Positions 1 through 9,591 of a stretch of DNA of 53,939 bases are shown piece by piece; the first letter of the stretch is position 1; every line of letters begins with the position of its first letter. The notes beneath the pieces were generated by a model, which did not search any database, had not been told where the DNA came from, and saw only the letters and a program-made list of their open reading frames with translations. This stretch comes from a virus (Duplodnaviria > Caudoviricetes), in the IMG/VR virus record IMGVR_UViG_3300030419_006158, positions 1 through 53,939 of that record. One strand, 5' to 3'. A program made the position numbers and the translations under genes.

Positions 1-1083
1 GAGCCAGGATTTGTATTTGGTAATCATCCATGGCAATTATATAACCCTTGCTTTGAGATTGGGTTCGTACCAGTTACGGAAGATGGTGTATGTGGTGTTC
101 AGTTTTGTAATTTAACATCTATTAATGGAGCCAAAATTGATACTAAAGCTAAGTTTTTAGAAGCAGTTAAAGCAGCTACTATTATTGGTACCCTACAAGC
201 AGCATATTCTGACTTTACGTACCTCAGACCTGCGTCTAAGCAATTAACTGAAGGGGAAGCATTGCTAGGTGTATCTATTACTGGAATGATGGATAACCCT
301 AAAATATTATTAAACCCAGATTATCAAAGAGAAGGAGCTGATTACGCTGTTAAGATTAATAAGTCATGGGCTAAGAAGTTAAATATCAATCAAGCCGCTC
401 GAATTACTTGTATTAAGCCAGAAGGAACATCTTCATTAGTATTAGGTAGCGCTTCAGGAATTCATCCTCACCACAGTAGAAAGTATTTTAGACGTATTCA
501 GTGTAATAAACTCGATCCCGTTTATAACCACTTTAAGAAAAGCAATCCACATATGTGTGAGGAGAGTGTGTGGTCTGCTAATAAGACGGATGATGTAACT
601 ACATTCCCTATTGAGATTTCGGAAAAGGCTTTAGTTAAAGATGACTTAACAGCCTTACAACATTTAAAGTATATTAAATCAACTCAACAAAATTGGGTTA
701 TACCAGGTACTACGGATGCTAATACTAAAAATGTAGAGCATAATGTTAGTTGTACAGCTGTAGTTAAAGATGATGAATGGGATAGAGTATTTAAATTCTT
801 GTATGATAATAAGAAGTACTTTGGTGCGGTATCATTGCTTCCTAAAACTGGGGATAAGTTATATGAGCAGGCGCCTTTAGAATCAGTAATTGATGAAAAG
901 GATGAACAAAAGTGGGAGTCTATTGTTAAACAGTATACCTCAGTAAATTATAAGTCTTTAAAAGAGGAAGAAGATACAACTGAAGTACAAGATACAGTTG
1001 CGTGTGGAGGGGGTGCATGTGAAATACCTAATTTACAAGAAGTTAAGGTACATGTTCCAGAACCAGAAGCTGAACCAGGTTAA
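1..1083 (+). CDS. nrdJ: Class II (adenosylcobalamin-dependent) ribonucleotide reductase, 5'-truncated by window edge
   Basis: Frame 1 is open from base 1: EPG, NPCFEI (thiyl-radical loop), FCNL, TCIKPEGTSSL, and C-terminal redox motif CGGGAC. Confidence 0.85.
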   Translation, partial: EPGFVFGNHPWQLYNPCFEIGFVPVTEDGVCGVQFCNLTSINGAKIDTKAKFLEAVKAATIIGTLQAAYSDFTYLRPASKQLTEGEALLGVSITGMMDNPKILLNPDYQREGADYAVKINKSWAKKLNINQAARITCIKPEGTSSLVLGSASGIHPHHSRKYFRRIQCNKLDPVYNHFKKSNPHMCEESVWSANKTDDVTTFPIEISEKALVKDDLTALQHLKYIKSTQQNWVIPGTTDANTKNVEHNVSCTAVVKDDEWDRVFKFLYDNKKYFGAVSLLPKTGDKLYEQAPLESVIDEKDEQKWESIVKQYTSVNYKSLKEEEDTTEVQDTVACGGGACEIPNLQEVKVHVPEPEAEPG

Positions 1084-1463
1084 GGTTTCGTCTTTCCACT
1101 ACCATTAAATCTAGTAAGATCTAATTGACATAATGGTTTTTCAATCTTAAGCTTACCTAACCATTCATTTTGAACAACTAGCTTGCTACCACCGATAACC
1201 TTACCGTCATGAACGTCGTAGATAAAAAAGACTGTCTTAGTAATACCTACTCGAATAATTCGACCTGGTTTTCCATCGACATATACAACATCATCGGTTT
1301 TATAATCGTTTCCGCAAAATACAAATATGCCTGCTGCGAATTTTTTAATGCTAGATTGAAATATCATTAACGCTACACCAGCTATAAACATCCATCCATA
1401 CTGTCCGATGAAGTGTTCTAATGCTTTTTCTAGTTCTCCGGGTTGAAGAAGTGCTGACTCCAT
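1080..1463 (-). CDS. Minimal MscS-like (small mechanosensitive channel beta-domain) membrane protein
   Basis: TM helix, then FQSSIKKFAAG...YKTDDVVYVDGKPGRIIRVGITKT, resembling the MscS TM3/beta-domain; TAAATA on the minus strand at 1469-1474. Confidence 0.55.
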   Translation of the reverse strand: MESALLQPGELEKALEHFIGQYGWMFIAGVALMIFQSSIKKFAAGIFVFCGNDYKTDDVVYVDGKPGRIIRVGITKTVFFIYDVHDGKVIGGSKLVVQNEWLGKLKIEKPLCQLDLTRFNGSGKTKP

Positions 1464-1468
1464 ATAAT

Positions 1469-1493
1469 TATTTAATTATGTCGGATATAAATA
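1469..1493. promoter_or_regulatory. Back-to-back T4-type late promoters
   Basis: TATTTA (minus-strand TAAATA) at 1469-1474 and TATAAATA at 1486-1493, 5 and 7 nt from divergent ATGs. Confidence 0.7.
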
Positions 1494-1500
1494 CTTAAAC

Positions 1501-1821
1501 ATGAAAAAGGTATTTAATTTTATTAAAACATATAAAAAGGAGCTTGGCGGTTTACTTCGCCACGCCGCTACTATTGCTGGTGGTGTATTAATTGCAAAAG
1601 GCTCCTTAGATTCTGAGACTTTTCATATGATTTTAGGCGCTACTGCTAGCATTGCTGGCACAGGTTGGTCTTTTGCTAACAAGATAAGTCATAAGCAAGA
1701 AGTGAAGACTGCTTTTGCTACAGACCCTGTTACTGGTGATGTTACTCGTCATTTTAATGAAGAGACTAAGGCATGGGAAGAAAAACCAGAACCCAAACCT
1801 AAGAAGAAGAAAAAGAGCTAA
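1501..1821 (+). CDS. Putative holin (Pam3 gp28-like)
   Basis: GLLRHAATIAGGVLIAKG...GTGWS pattern, two TM segments, basic C-terminus, near lysozyme. Confidence 0.6.
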   Translation: MKKVFNFIKTYKKELGGLLRHAATIAGGVLIAKGSLDSETFHMILGATASIAGTGWSFANKISHKQEVKTAFATDPVTGDVTRHFNEETKAWEEKPEPKPKKKKKS

Positions 1822-1862
1822 TTAATAAATAGCAAAACATCTCTGGATACATAAATATTTAT

Positions 1863-2216
1863 GTGGCTGTGACTTCACCAGGGTATTTGTATATTATTAC
1901 TAATAAATCTTGGCCTGGATGGTTGAAAGTTGGAACCACTCGTAACTTAAAAACTCGTTTGCAAACATATCAAACGAGTTCTCCCTTTAGAGATTACGAG
2001 GTTATATATTCTATAAAACATCCAGAATATCTTCAAGCTGAACAGAATATAAAGAAACAAATGAAATATTTTGCTAAGCAAATAAAAAATGAATGGTATG
2101 AAGTTGATTTACACGTGGCAAAGGTTAGACTATTAGAACAATTAGATAATTATTTTTATGGTGAATGTGATAAAGAAGAAGAATACCATCAAGTATTTAT
2201 TACTAATGCTGTATAA
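1863..2216 (+). CDS. GIY-YIG / T5orf172-type domain protein
   Basis: GYLYII...WLKVGTT...RL..YQT.SP...AE...NEWY. Confidence 0.8.
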   Translation: MAVTSPGYLYIITNKSWPGWLKVGTTRNLKTRLQTYQTSSPFRDYEVIYSIKHPEYLQAEQNIKKQMKYFAKQIKNEWYEVDLHVAKVRLLEQLDNYFYGECDKEEEYHQVFITNAV

Positions 2217-2219
2217 ATA
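2212..2219 (+). promoter_or_regulatory. T4-type late promoter
   Basis: TATAAATA 6 nt before the ATG at 2226. Confidence 0.7.
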
Positions 2220-2225
2220 ATTTAA

Positions 2226-3071
2226 ATGACCTTTAAACAACTATCAGACTGTAATGACGTTTTCTTGCGAGAAGGTCCGTGGTCTAGTAGAGCTGCTGCT
2301 TTAGGTTTGGGTGCCGCCAGTTTATTTGGCGGTCCCGGCGAAGTACAAGCCAAAATGCCTACCCCAATAACTCATACTATAAAACAAGACCAATCAATGT
2401 ATGATTATATTGTTCAGAGTGAAGGTAAAGGTAAAGAAGGTCGCCCGGGATATGCGTACAGAGACCATAAAGGTTACTTAACCGTTGGGGTAGGCCATTT
2501 AATTACTAAAAACGATCCTGTGCTCAGACAAGTTACAGGTCAGTATTATAATGCTGTTGTATCTGGTCGTATGCCGTTGAACGATAATCAAATGAAACAA
2601 TTGTTCAATATCGATGTACAATCTAAAATTGCTTTAGCTCGTAGAAATATTAGAGGATATGATAAATTGCCTTCATATGTTCAAAATGCAGTAGTAGATG
2701 GTTTCTTTAGAGGTGATTTATCTGGTAGTCCAGATACATTAGGATTAATGAATCAAGGTAATTGGTCAGCTGCGGCAACGGAGTATTTAGATAACGACGA
2801 GTATCGTACATCTAAAAAAGAGGGTACAGGTGTGGCTCCTAGGATGGAACGTAATGCTAGTATCTTTGCTGCTTATGGAAGAGGCGCCGATGCTGACCCT
2901 CGCCAGCGCTGGACATCATCAGGAACACCTACTAATACGTATACTGTAAAGGCAGGAGATACATTAAGTAAGATTGCTCGTGATAATAATGTAAGTATAC
3001 AGGATCTTATGAGAAAAAATAATATCTCTGACCCGAATAAGATCAGTATAGGTCAGCAATTATACATATAA
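2226..3071 (+). CDS. T4-lysozyme-like (GH24) muramidase with C-terminal LysM domain
   Basis: EG...YRDHKGYLTVGVGH catalytic region; YTVKAGDTLSKIA...NPNKI-like...IGQQL LysM motif. Confidence 0.85.
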   Translation: MTFKQLSDCNDVFLREGPWSSRAAALGLGAASLFGGPGEVQAKMPTPITHTIKQDQSMYDYIVQSEGKGKEGRPGYAYRDHKGYLTVGVGHLITKNDPVLRQVTGQYYNAVVSGRMPLNDNQMKQLFNIDVQSKIALARRNIRGYDKLPSYVQNAVVDGFFRGDLSGSPDTLGLMNQGNWSAAATEYLDNDEYRTSKKEGTGVAPRMERNASIFAAYGRGADADPRQRWTSSGTPTNTYTVKAGDTLSKIARDNNVSIQDLMRKNNISDPNKISIGQQLYI

Positions 3072-3093
3072 CATTTGATTAAATAATTAAATA

Positions 3094-4107
3094 ATGCCAG
3101 CAACGCTCGACAGGTGTGTTAAGAAAGTACAAAAGCAAGGAAAAAGTAAATCCTCTGCATATGCTATTTGTTCTAAAAGTACTGGCTGGAAAGTTGGCAA
3201 GGGTAGTACTAAAAGAAAAAAGAAATGGAAAAAGGAATCATTTAAACAATATTTTGAACAAACAAATTATTATAATGATACATTACACCCTGAGTTTTGG
3301 ACTGATGATAATTTTAATGAAGAAGTATTAAATTCTATAATTGAAATTGTAGAAGATTTTATAAAAGACGATGATCACATTACTCCTGAAATGATTGATG
3401 ATATTCAATTAACAGGATCATTAGCTAATTTTAATTACTCTCAGCATTCAGATCTTGACATACATATACTATTAGATTTTGCTAAAATAAATGAAGACGA
3501 GAGTATAGTAAAGAGAGCATTAGACGGTAAAAGATTTATATGGAATTTAACACACAATATTGAATTTAATAATCATGAAGTTGAATTATATTTTCAGGAT
3601 ATTCATGAACCTCATGTGGCTTCCGGTTTATTTAGTATACAAGATAATAGATGGATTAAAAAACCTGTTCACGATCCCCCGGAGATAGATCAGCGCGATG
3701 TTGAAAAGAAGGCAGAACAGTTCCGTACAGAAGTAGAACTAATAAAGGAAGCTCTAAATGAGATTGATGAGAAAGATGATCTTGTATTAATTAATAACCG
3801 CGCTAAAAAATTAAAAAACAAGTTAATGAGAATGCGTAGAGAGGGTCTTGCTGGTAAAGGAGAATATTCTGTAGAAAATTTAGCCTTTAAATCTTTACGC
3901 AACGATGATACAATAGCTGAATTAAATGGCTTGATTATTAAGTCGTATGATCTTATGTTTGGCGAAGACACTGTTGTTGAGAAAAAGAAAAAGAAAAAGA
4001 AAAAGAAAAAAGGACTAAAGGATTGGATGTTAAGTATAGTGCATGCATTATTTTCTAAAGATCCATCTCACATGCCTAAACCACAAAGGTACCCTGCAGG
4101 AATATGA
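3094..4107 (+). CDS. Pol-beta superfamily nucleotidyltransferase with basic N-terminal extension
   Basis: LTGSLANFNY...SDLDIH (GS-x-DxD) and downstream VELYFQD acidic residue; GEYSVENLAFK.LR tail. Confidence 0.75.
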   Translation: MPATLDRCVKKVQKQGKSKSSAYAICSKSTGWKVGKGSTKRKKKWKKESFKQYFEQTNYYNDTLHPEFWTDDNFNEEVLNSIIEIVEDFIKDDDHITPEMIDDIQLTGSLANFNYSQHSDLDIHILLDFAKINEDESIVKRALDGKRFIWNLTHNIEFNNHEVELYFQDIHEPHVASGLFSIQDNRWIKKPVHDPPEIDQRDVEKKAEQFRTEVELIKEALNEIDEKDDLVLINNRAKKLKNKLMRMRREGLAGKGEYSVENLAFKSLRNDDTIAELNGLIIKSYDLMFGEDTVVEKKKKKKKKKKGLKDWMLSIVHALFSKDPSHMPKPQRYPAGI

Positions 4108-5171
4108 AATCGTTTAAATATTTTTTTGAAGATAATGAGGACTCTGAGCACTATTTAAGAGTTGATGATAAACCATTTAAGAAATCTATACCTATAAGTG
4201 ATGATGATTATAAAGAGATAAAACATTTATTAGCCGACCGTGGTAGTATAGATGAGCTAATTACAAAGATAGGCGAACAGTCTAATTTAAAACCAGACCG
4301 AGTAAAAGATCTTCTCAAAATTCTCTTATCTCAATCTAACACTGATACTGTTATAGAATACTTACACAATAGAGAAGATATTGGAGTAACTAAAGATGAG
4401 TTAGTATCATCAGGTAATATATTTACCGCTTTTGGTGAGGTAGGATTCGAAGAAGATACGATTAAGGATTTATATAATAAACAATTCTCCGAACAGCCAG
4501 TTATGGGTAGAGGAGAAATGTTAATGGCTGTTCTTTTAAAAGGATGTACGAAACCACCTAAAGGAGATATTCTTATAGATGGTGAATTATATGATGTAAA
4601 AGGAAAGAGTGCTCGTCTGAGAGGACAGACTGGATATGGTGATGGTGCATCGGCTAGTATTTATTGGTCTACTGAGTTCACAAAATTGAGCAATGAAAAT
4701 GATTTAAACTTAGATGTACCGGAAGGTGGTACTAATGACTTTAATATTTTAATAAACAGCCCCGGTTACGCAATAAGGACTGGTTTTGAATTATTAAACA
4801 ATAATATTATTACTGCAGAATATTTTGGTACTTTGATTAAAAATGGTCTTAAGTCTGTATTTTCTCGAATGGAAGATTTTGAATTAACATTTGTTGATGA
4901 TCTAATTAATGAAGGATTTGAGGCAGGTTATAAGAGGTTTATTACTAATTATAAGATAGCATTACTTCATTACTATTTAAGACTTGAAAGGATGGAAAAT
5001 ACTGGGCTACTTATTTTTAATGAACCACAAGGTAATGTAGCACATATCAATAGTTCTACTTCTCCTGACGAGGTTTTTAGACAAGTCGGTATTGGTTTAC
5101 CAGGTTTTGGAGCTAAAGCTGGTCCACAGGGTAGTGCTGCATCGATCACAACAAAAACAAAAATTAAATAA
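4104..5171 (+). CDS. Putative PD-(D/E)xK nuclease-fold protein
   Basis: GRGE...KGDILIDGELYDVKG (E...D...D/ExK). Confidence 0.5.
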   Translation: MKSFKYFFEDNEDSEHYLRVDDKPFKKSIPISDDDYKEIKHLLADRGSIDELITKIGEQSNLKPDRVKDLLKILLSQSNTDTVIEYLHNREDIGVTKDELVSSGNIFTAFGEVGFEEDTIKDLYNKQFSEQPVMGRGEMLMAVLLKGCTKPPKGDILIDGELYDVKGKSARLRGQTGYGDGASASIYWSTEFTKLSNENDLNLDVPEGGTNDFNILINSPGYAIRTGFELLNNNIITAEYFGTLIKNGLKSVFSRMEDFELTFVDDLINEGFEAGYKRFITNYKIALLHYYLRLERMENTGLLIFNEPQGNVAHINSSTSPDEVFRQVGIGLPGFGAKAGPQGSAASITTKTKIK

Positions 5172-5392
5172 TGGCAGTATTAGGATTATATGATACAACG
5201 GTAATGGGATATAGAGTGAAAGTTCAGCCTTATGTTATCGGTATTTTTGATGATGATGATATGATCGTAGGGGAAAGAATTCCTAATAAGATTGTACGGT
5301 ATCTAATTGAAGAAGGTTTTTGTGATACTTGGTTAAAGGACGATATTGGAATTAGAGTAAATATTTACAGACAAGGCAATGCTGACTTATAA
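5171..5392 (+). CDS. Hypothetical protein
   Basis: 73 aa ORF translationally coupled to both neighbours; YLIEEGF motif. Confidence 0.6.
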   Translation: MAVLGLYDTTVMGYRVKVQPYVIGIFDDDDMIVGERIPNKIVRYLIEEGFCDTWLKDDIGIRVNIYRQGNADL

Positions 5393-6629
5393 AAAATATT
5401 TTCCGTTATATGAATCCGCTGGGCCAAATAAACATTTGACTCACTTAGAGGAGCTTATTCTCACTGACGAAAAGGATGGCGCAGTTAGAGCTATTAATTA
5501 TCTTGAAGCACTTACAGAGATATTAGATAGTAATACACCACGTTCTGTTAACGCGACAGTAAAGTACGATGGAGCACCAGCTGTAATATTAGGAGTAGAT
5601 CCAGCTGGTAGGTTTTTTGTCGGTAGTAAGTCTGTATTTAATAAAGTACCTAAAGTTAATTATTCAGTTAATGATATTAAAGTAAATCATGCTGAAGCTC
5701 CGGGTCTAGTTGATAAGTTGGTACAAACATTCACACACTTTAAAAATTTAAGTTTTGATTCTGCATATCAAGGAGACTTCTTATTTGATGACGATATAAA
5801 AGAGGTCATTGACATTGAAGGGGTACCGCACATAACATTTAAACCTAATACTATAGTATATGCTGTACCGGTTGATAGTGAAGAAGGTCAAAAAATATTA
5901 AACTCACAAATCGGTGTTGTATTTCATACCGAATATGACGTTACATTTGATCAAGAAAATTATGTCAGATTTTCTACTAAAAAATTTGGTGTTGATGTTA
6001 CGAATTTAGATCCAGGCCCTAATGTATATGTTAAAGATGCTTATTTTGAAAATGACGCTGGACATATTACATTAACAGATGATGAAACTAATACTATTAA
6101 TTCATTAATACAATCTGCTAAACAACATTTATCACAAATAGATTTTAATAAAGTCACTGAAAAACTATTGTCTAGTTTAAACACATATATCAATACTGAG
6201 ATAAGAATTGGTGATTTTTTAAGCAATACTGAATCTTCTTTTAGTCAATTTGTACAGTGGTTTACAAATAAAATAGACAAACAAATAGATAAATTAAAAA
6301 GTGATTCTGGTAAAGCGAAAGCTACTCAAAATAAAGAACAATTGTTAGCTTTAATACAAGATGCATCAACAGATATATACAGTGTATTTGAGTTTCAAAA
6401 AGCAGTAAAACAATGTAAAGATGTTTTTATACAAAAGTATAATAATATGATGCGTGGAGTTAATATGAAGAACTATTTGTTTGCCGACAATGGAGATTTA
6501 GTAGTAACAGATCCTGAAGGGTATGTTGCTATTGACGCCACTGGAAACGCTGTTAAGTTTGTTGATCGTTTAGAGTTTAGTAGAGCTAATTTTGCTATTG
6601 ATAAGGATAGTAAATTCAAAAAGAATTAG
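5379..6629 (+). CDS. Conserved T4-like phage protein (DUF6267-like) with ATP-dependent ligase-type motifs
   Basis: HLTHLEE; VKYDGAPA (KxDG motif I); QGDFLF; PEGYV (motif IV); VKFVDRLEFS (motif V). Confidence 0.65.
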   Translation: MLTYKKYFPLYESAGPNKHLTHLEELILTDEKDGAVRAINYLEALTEILDSNTPRSVNATVKYDGAPAVILGVDPAGRFFVGSKSVFNKVPKVNYSVNDIKVNHAEAPGLVDKLVQTFTHFKNLSFDSAYQGDFLFDDDIKEVIDIEGVPHITFKPNTIVYAVPVDSEEGQKILNSQIGVVFHTEYDVTFDQENYVRFSTKKFGVDVTNLDPGPNVYVKDAYFENDAGHITLTDDETNTINSLIQSAKQHLSQIDFNKVTEKLLSSLNTYINTEIRIGDFLSNTESSFSQFVQWFTNKIDKQIDKLKSDSGKAKATQNKEQLLALIQDASTDIYSVFEFQKAVKQCKDVFIQKYNNMMRGVNMKNYLFADNGDLVVTDPEGYVAIDATGNAVKFVDRLEFSRANFAIDKDSKFKKN

Positions 6630-6667
6630 TTGTTTCCTAAATTATTTCTGTAAATACTTTAGCGAGA

Positions 6668-7249
6668 ATGACTATTGTATTCAACCTATTCGAAAACATT
6701 TACAGTTCTGAGTTCTTAAAATCATGGATAACATTAACTACATACTTAAATCAAACTGGTATACGTTATCATATTTCTCAGCACAATAGTTGTAATGCTT
6801 TTTATGCAAAGCAAATGTGTCTCGGTGGTAATGTATTATCTGGACCTTCTCAATCACCGTATCAAGAAACAATTAAATATGATAGGTTAGTTTTTTTAAG
6901 TAATAAAATTACTTTTACACCTGCACAGTTTGTTAAATTATATAATAAATCTTCTGAGCATAAATTTATATCTGGAAAGGCGGATGGTAGGTATAAGGTT
7001 CTTGAAGAAGACGATAATTACATTAAAGCGGATTATTTAGATTTTGATTTTGTTATTATACAAAAAGGAGTATTTGAAGAATTAGAATACCCTTGGTTCC
7101 GTCCGCACGTAAGTACAACAGAAGCTGAACAACAGTTTGTTGATATAGATATCTGTCGGCGCTTAAGAAGACGAAATTTAGATCTATTAATAGATAAAGC
7201 AGTCGACTTGCAGGGAGGTAATTTTAATTTTATAAAAACAGATGAATAA
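6668..7249 (+). CDS. Degenerate GT2-like glycosyltransferase paralog
   Basis: Shares FV.I.KGVFE.L.YPWF.P with the downstream gene but lacks DxD. Confidence 0.5.
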   Translation: MTIVFNLFENIYSSEFLKSWITLTTYLNQTGIRYHISQHNSCNAFYAKQMCLGGNVLSGPSQSPYQETIKYDRLVFLSNKITFTPAQFVKLYNKSSEHKFISGKADGRYKVLEEDDNYIKADYLDFDFVIIQKGVFEELEYPWFRPHVSTTEAEQQFVDIDICRRLRRRNLDLLIDKAVDLQGGNFNFIKTDE

Positions 7250-7898
7250 GACTATAATTATATGTTGCCCAGGTGATTGTTTTTCAGGAAAATTTATTAA
7301 TTGTTTAACTCAATTAATTAAACATTTAAACAATCAGGGCTTCAAGGTGTACTTTTGTAGTGCCTATTCACGTAATATATACGAAGTGCGCAATAAGTGT
7401 ATGTTAGGTTCTCCAATTAAAGGCACTAATCAATTACCGTTCGATGGACGACAATATGACTATGTGTTATGGATAGATAGTGATATTGTTTTTACAAACA
7501 CAGATTTTGATTTATTATATAAAGAGGATATGGATGTAATATCAGGTCTTTATATTATGGCAAACGATAAAGACTTTGCCGCTGTAGAAACTTGGGATGA
7601 AGATCATTTTCAAAATCATGGAACCTTTGAGTTTTTAGCTAAAGAAAATGTGCGTTCAAGATATATGCCATTTAAAGTAGAGTATGTTGGTTTCGGTTTT
7701 ATTTTATTTAAACAAGGCATATTTGAACAATTACAATACCCTTGGTTCGAACCAACATATTTACAAATTCAAACATCGCAAGATTTTTCCATGGAAGATG
7801 TTACATTATGTCTTAAATTAAAGAAAAAAGATATTGATATATATGTACACCCTAATGTTGTTGTAGGGCATGAAAAATCAGTTGAATTGCGACTATGA
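7242..7898 (+). CDS. GT2-like glycosyltransferase
   Basis: YDYVLWIDSDIVF (DxD), GFGF...YPWF, ED..C, VGHEK. Confidence 0.75.
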   Translation: MNKTIIICCPGDCFSGKFINCLTQLIKHLNNQGFKVYFCSAYSRNIYEVRNKCMLGSPIKGTNQLPFDGRQYDYVLWIDSDIVFTNTDFDLLYKEDMDVISGLYIMANDKDFAAVETWDEDHFQNHGTFEFLAKENVRSRYMPFKVEYVGFGFILFKQGIFEQLQYPWFEPTYLQIQTSQDFSMEDVTLCLKLKKKDIDIYVHPNVVVGHEKSVELRL

Positions 7899-8284
7899 TA
7901 TTTGATTTAAGCGAAACACCGGAAGAATTTTGGTATAATAATCTCGAGAAATATAAACAAAGAGAAGCAGACGAGTCTTTCCCACAAAATTTAACTGTTA
8001 AATCTCTATTGAAGATTCGTAAGACCGAAGTAGCTATATTTAAAGGTCATTTAAAAACTGAGTCTGCCTCAGATATGTTATTAATAGTATACCCTACAGC
8101 TAATACTGGTATAAAAAATTTTATAGGTATTGGAGTATCTGATCGTGAGTATTTATTAGATTCTAATATTCAAATATACCCACTAGCTCATACAAAGACT
8201 ATGACTGATGATTTTATGTTTGATTTATTAGTCAAAGGTCATGGGTGGCTTATTAAAGATTACGGAGATCTATCCAGTTACTAA
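7895..8284 (+). CDS. Hypothetical protein
   Basis: 129 aa ORF, ATGA overlap with upstream gene. Confidence 0.6.
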   Translation: MIFDLSETPEEFWYNNLEKYKQREADESFPQNLTVKSLLKIRKTEVAIFKGHLKTESASDMLLIVYPTANTGIKNFIGIGVSDREYLLDSNIQIYPLAHTKTMTDDFMFDLLVKGHGWLIKDYGDLSSY

Positions 8285-8335
8285 TAGACCGTATACGCGG
8301 TTAAAATTTTTTTGCAAAAACTGTGCAAAAACGTC

Positions 8336-9325
8336 TTAAAGGGATTTATAAATGTTACTCTCTTCGAATTCCTTTATAAATGTATGAATATTGAATCTAT
8401 TTTTATTTAACTTTTTGAGATACTCATATGTGTCTTTTATTAATTGCGTATCATTAATTTTTCTGTTAGCTGATTCTAAAGTATTATAATAAAAGGGATA
8501 ATCATCTCCTAGATATTCTACAACAGCTGGATGACAGTTAATTAATAGTGGAATATTTCTAGATATACAATCCGTAACACCGTTGTTTGCACTAGTATCT
8601 AGAAGATCGAGAAACCCGCATGTGGTAGTCATATACTTATCAAACTCTTTATTCTCTAAGTGACGATGTACAATCACATTACCTCTTGTTTTTTCTCCAG
8701 TGAATGTACATTTAAGATTAAAGGTCTCTAATTGTTTTTGATACGTTTGGTGAGCGTATGGTAATCTCCCTAATAGTACATTTTTAGTCATTTTAGTGTC
8801 CAATAACCAGAAACTTTCAAAATTACGTAACCAGTAACCTATGCAAGTTAATTGAGGATCCTCTAAAAAAGCTTCTAAATTAAATTCCTCAACATCTAAA
8901 GGCGTCGGGTGTATTAGAGTCTCTATAGGGATATGATCGAAACCATATTGTATAAATAAATGCCTCATAGATTCTTCTAGATCACTAGATAAAGTGAACA
9001 TGCCTCTACAGTTTTTAAGTGCTAATAAAAATGGTAATCGAGCACACATATTAACCGGTGACTGTTTAATGTCAAATGGTTTAGGTATTATCATAGGGTT
9101 ATGAATGATACCAATCCAATCTCGTTTATGGTGAGGTAATACTAGAGCTTTATCGTTGTTAAACGTATAGTCCCAATCGAACGTTCGTTCGACAAATTCA
9201 TCTATAAGAATATCAGCTTTCGGATCATGGAATTTATTTATAAGGCTTTTTGTTACCCAGTTCCATCCAGCACGATGTATCTCTTCTTTAAATGTTTTTT
9301 CTCGTACGAAATTTAATTTTGTCAT
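8336..9325 (-). CDS. Putative glycosyltransferase-like (GT-B) protein
   Basis: HRAGW, WIGIIH, IGYWLR, SANN...CI.RN.PLL.N..PAVVEYLG..YPFYY. Confidence 0.5.
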   Translation of the reverse strand: MTKLNFVREKTFKEEIHRAGWNWVTKSLINKFHDPKADILIDEFVERTFDWDYTFNNDKALVLPHHKRDWIGIIHNPMIIPKPFDIKQSPVNMCARLPFLLALKNCRGMFTLSSDLEESMRHLFIQYGFDHIPIETLIHPTPLDVEEFNLEAFLEDPQLTCIGYWLRNFESFWLLDTKMTKNVLLGRLPYAHQTYQKQLETFNLKCTFTGEKTRGNVIVHRHLENKEFDKYMTTTCGFLDLLDTSANNGVTDCISRNIPLLINCHPAVVEYLGDDYPFYYNTLESANRKINDTQLIKDTYEYLKKLNKNRFNIHTFIKEFEESNIYKSL

Positions 9326-9360
9326 ATTGCATTATGTGATGCTCATGATAAACTTATTTA

Positions 9361-9591
9361 GTGATTCATTCTGATTTACTCAACTCGTTAAATAATGAGG
9401 AAAAAGTAATTTTATTAGCTTGTATACAACATGCAACTAAAAAAGATTATAGGTATGAAGATTTGCAGTATATACGTAAACCATTCTTTAAGCGCGTCTT
9501 AAAGAAATACTATAATAAAGTTAAACCTAATCAAAAAGAATCGTACAAGATAATGGTGGATAAAATAAACCCATTACTTAAATTATTCTAG
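9361..9591 (+). CDS. Hypothetical protein
   Basis: 76 aa ORF abutting the next gene. Confidence 0.5.
   Translation: MIHSDLLNSLNNEEKVILLACIQHATKKDYRYEDLQYIRKPFFKRVLKKYYNKVKPNQKESYKIMVDKINPLLKLF

Noticed and set aside
1863-2216. Mobile intron or homing endonuclease element
   Set aside because: Short free-standing T5orf172-type domain with no DNA-binding extension and no split host gene
3982-4011. (AAAAAG)n run encoding ten Lys as a programmed frameshift site
   Set aside because: The frame stays open to a stop coupled with the next gene, and I saw no stimulatory structure; similar Lys-rich tails occur in other genes here
8309-8331. TTTTTGCA/TGCAAAAA hairpin between convergent genes
   Set aside because: Weak AT-rich stem; plausible terminator but too poorly supported to list
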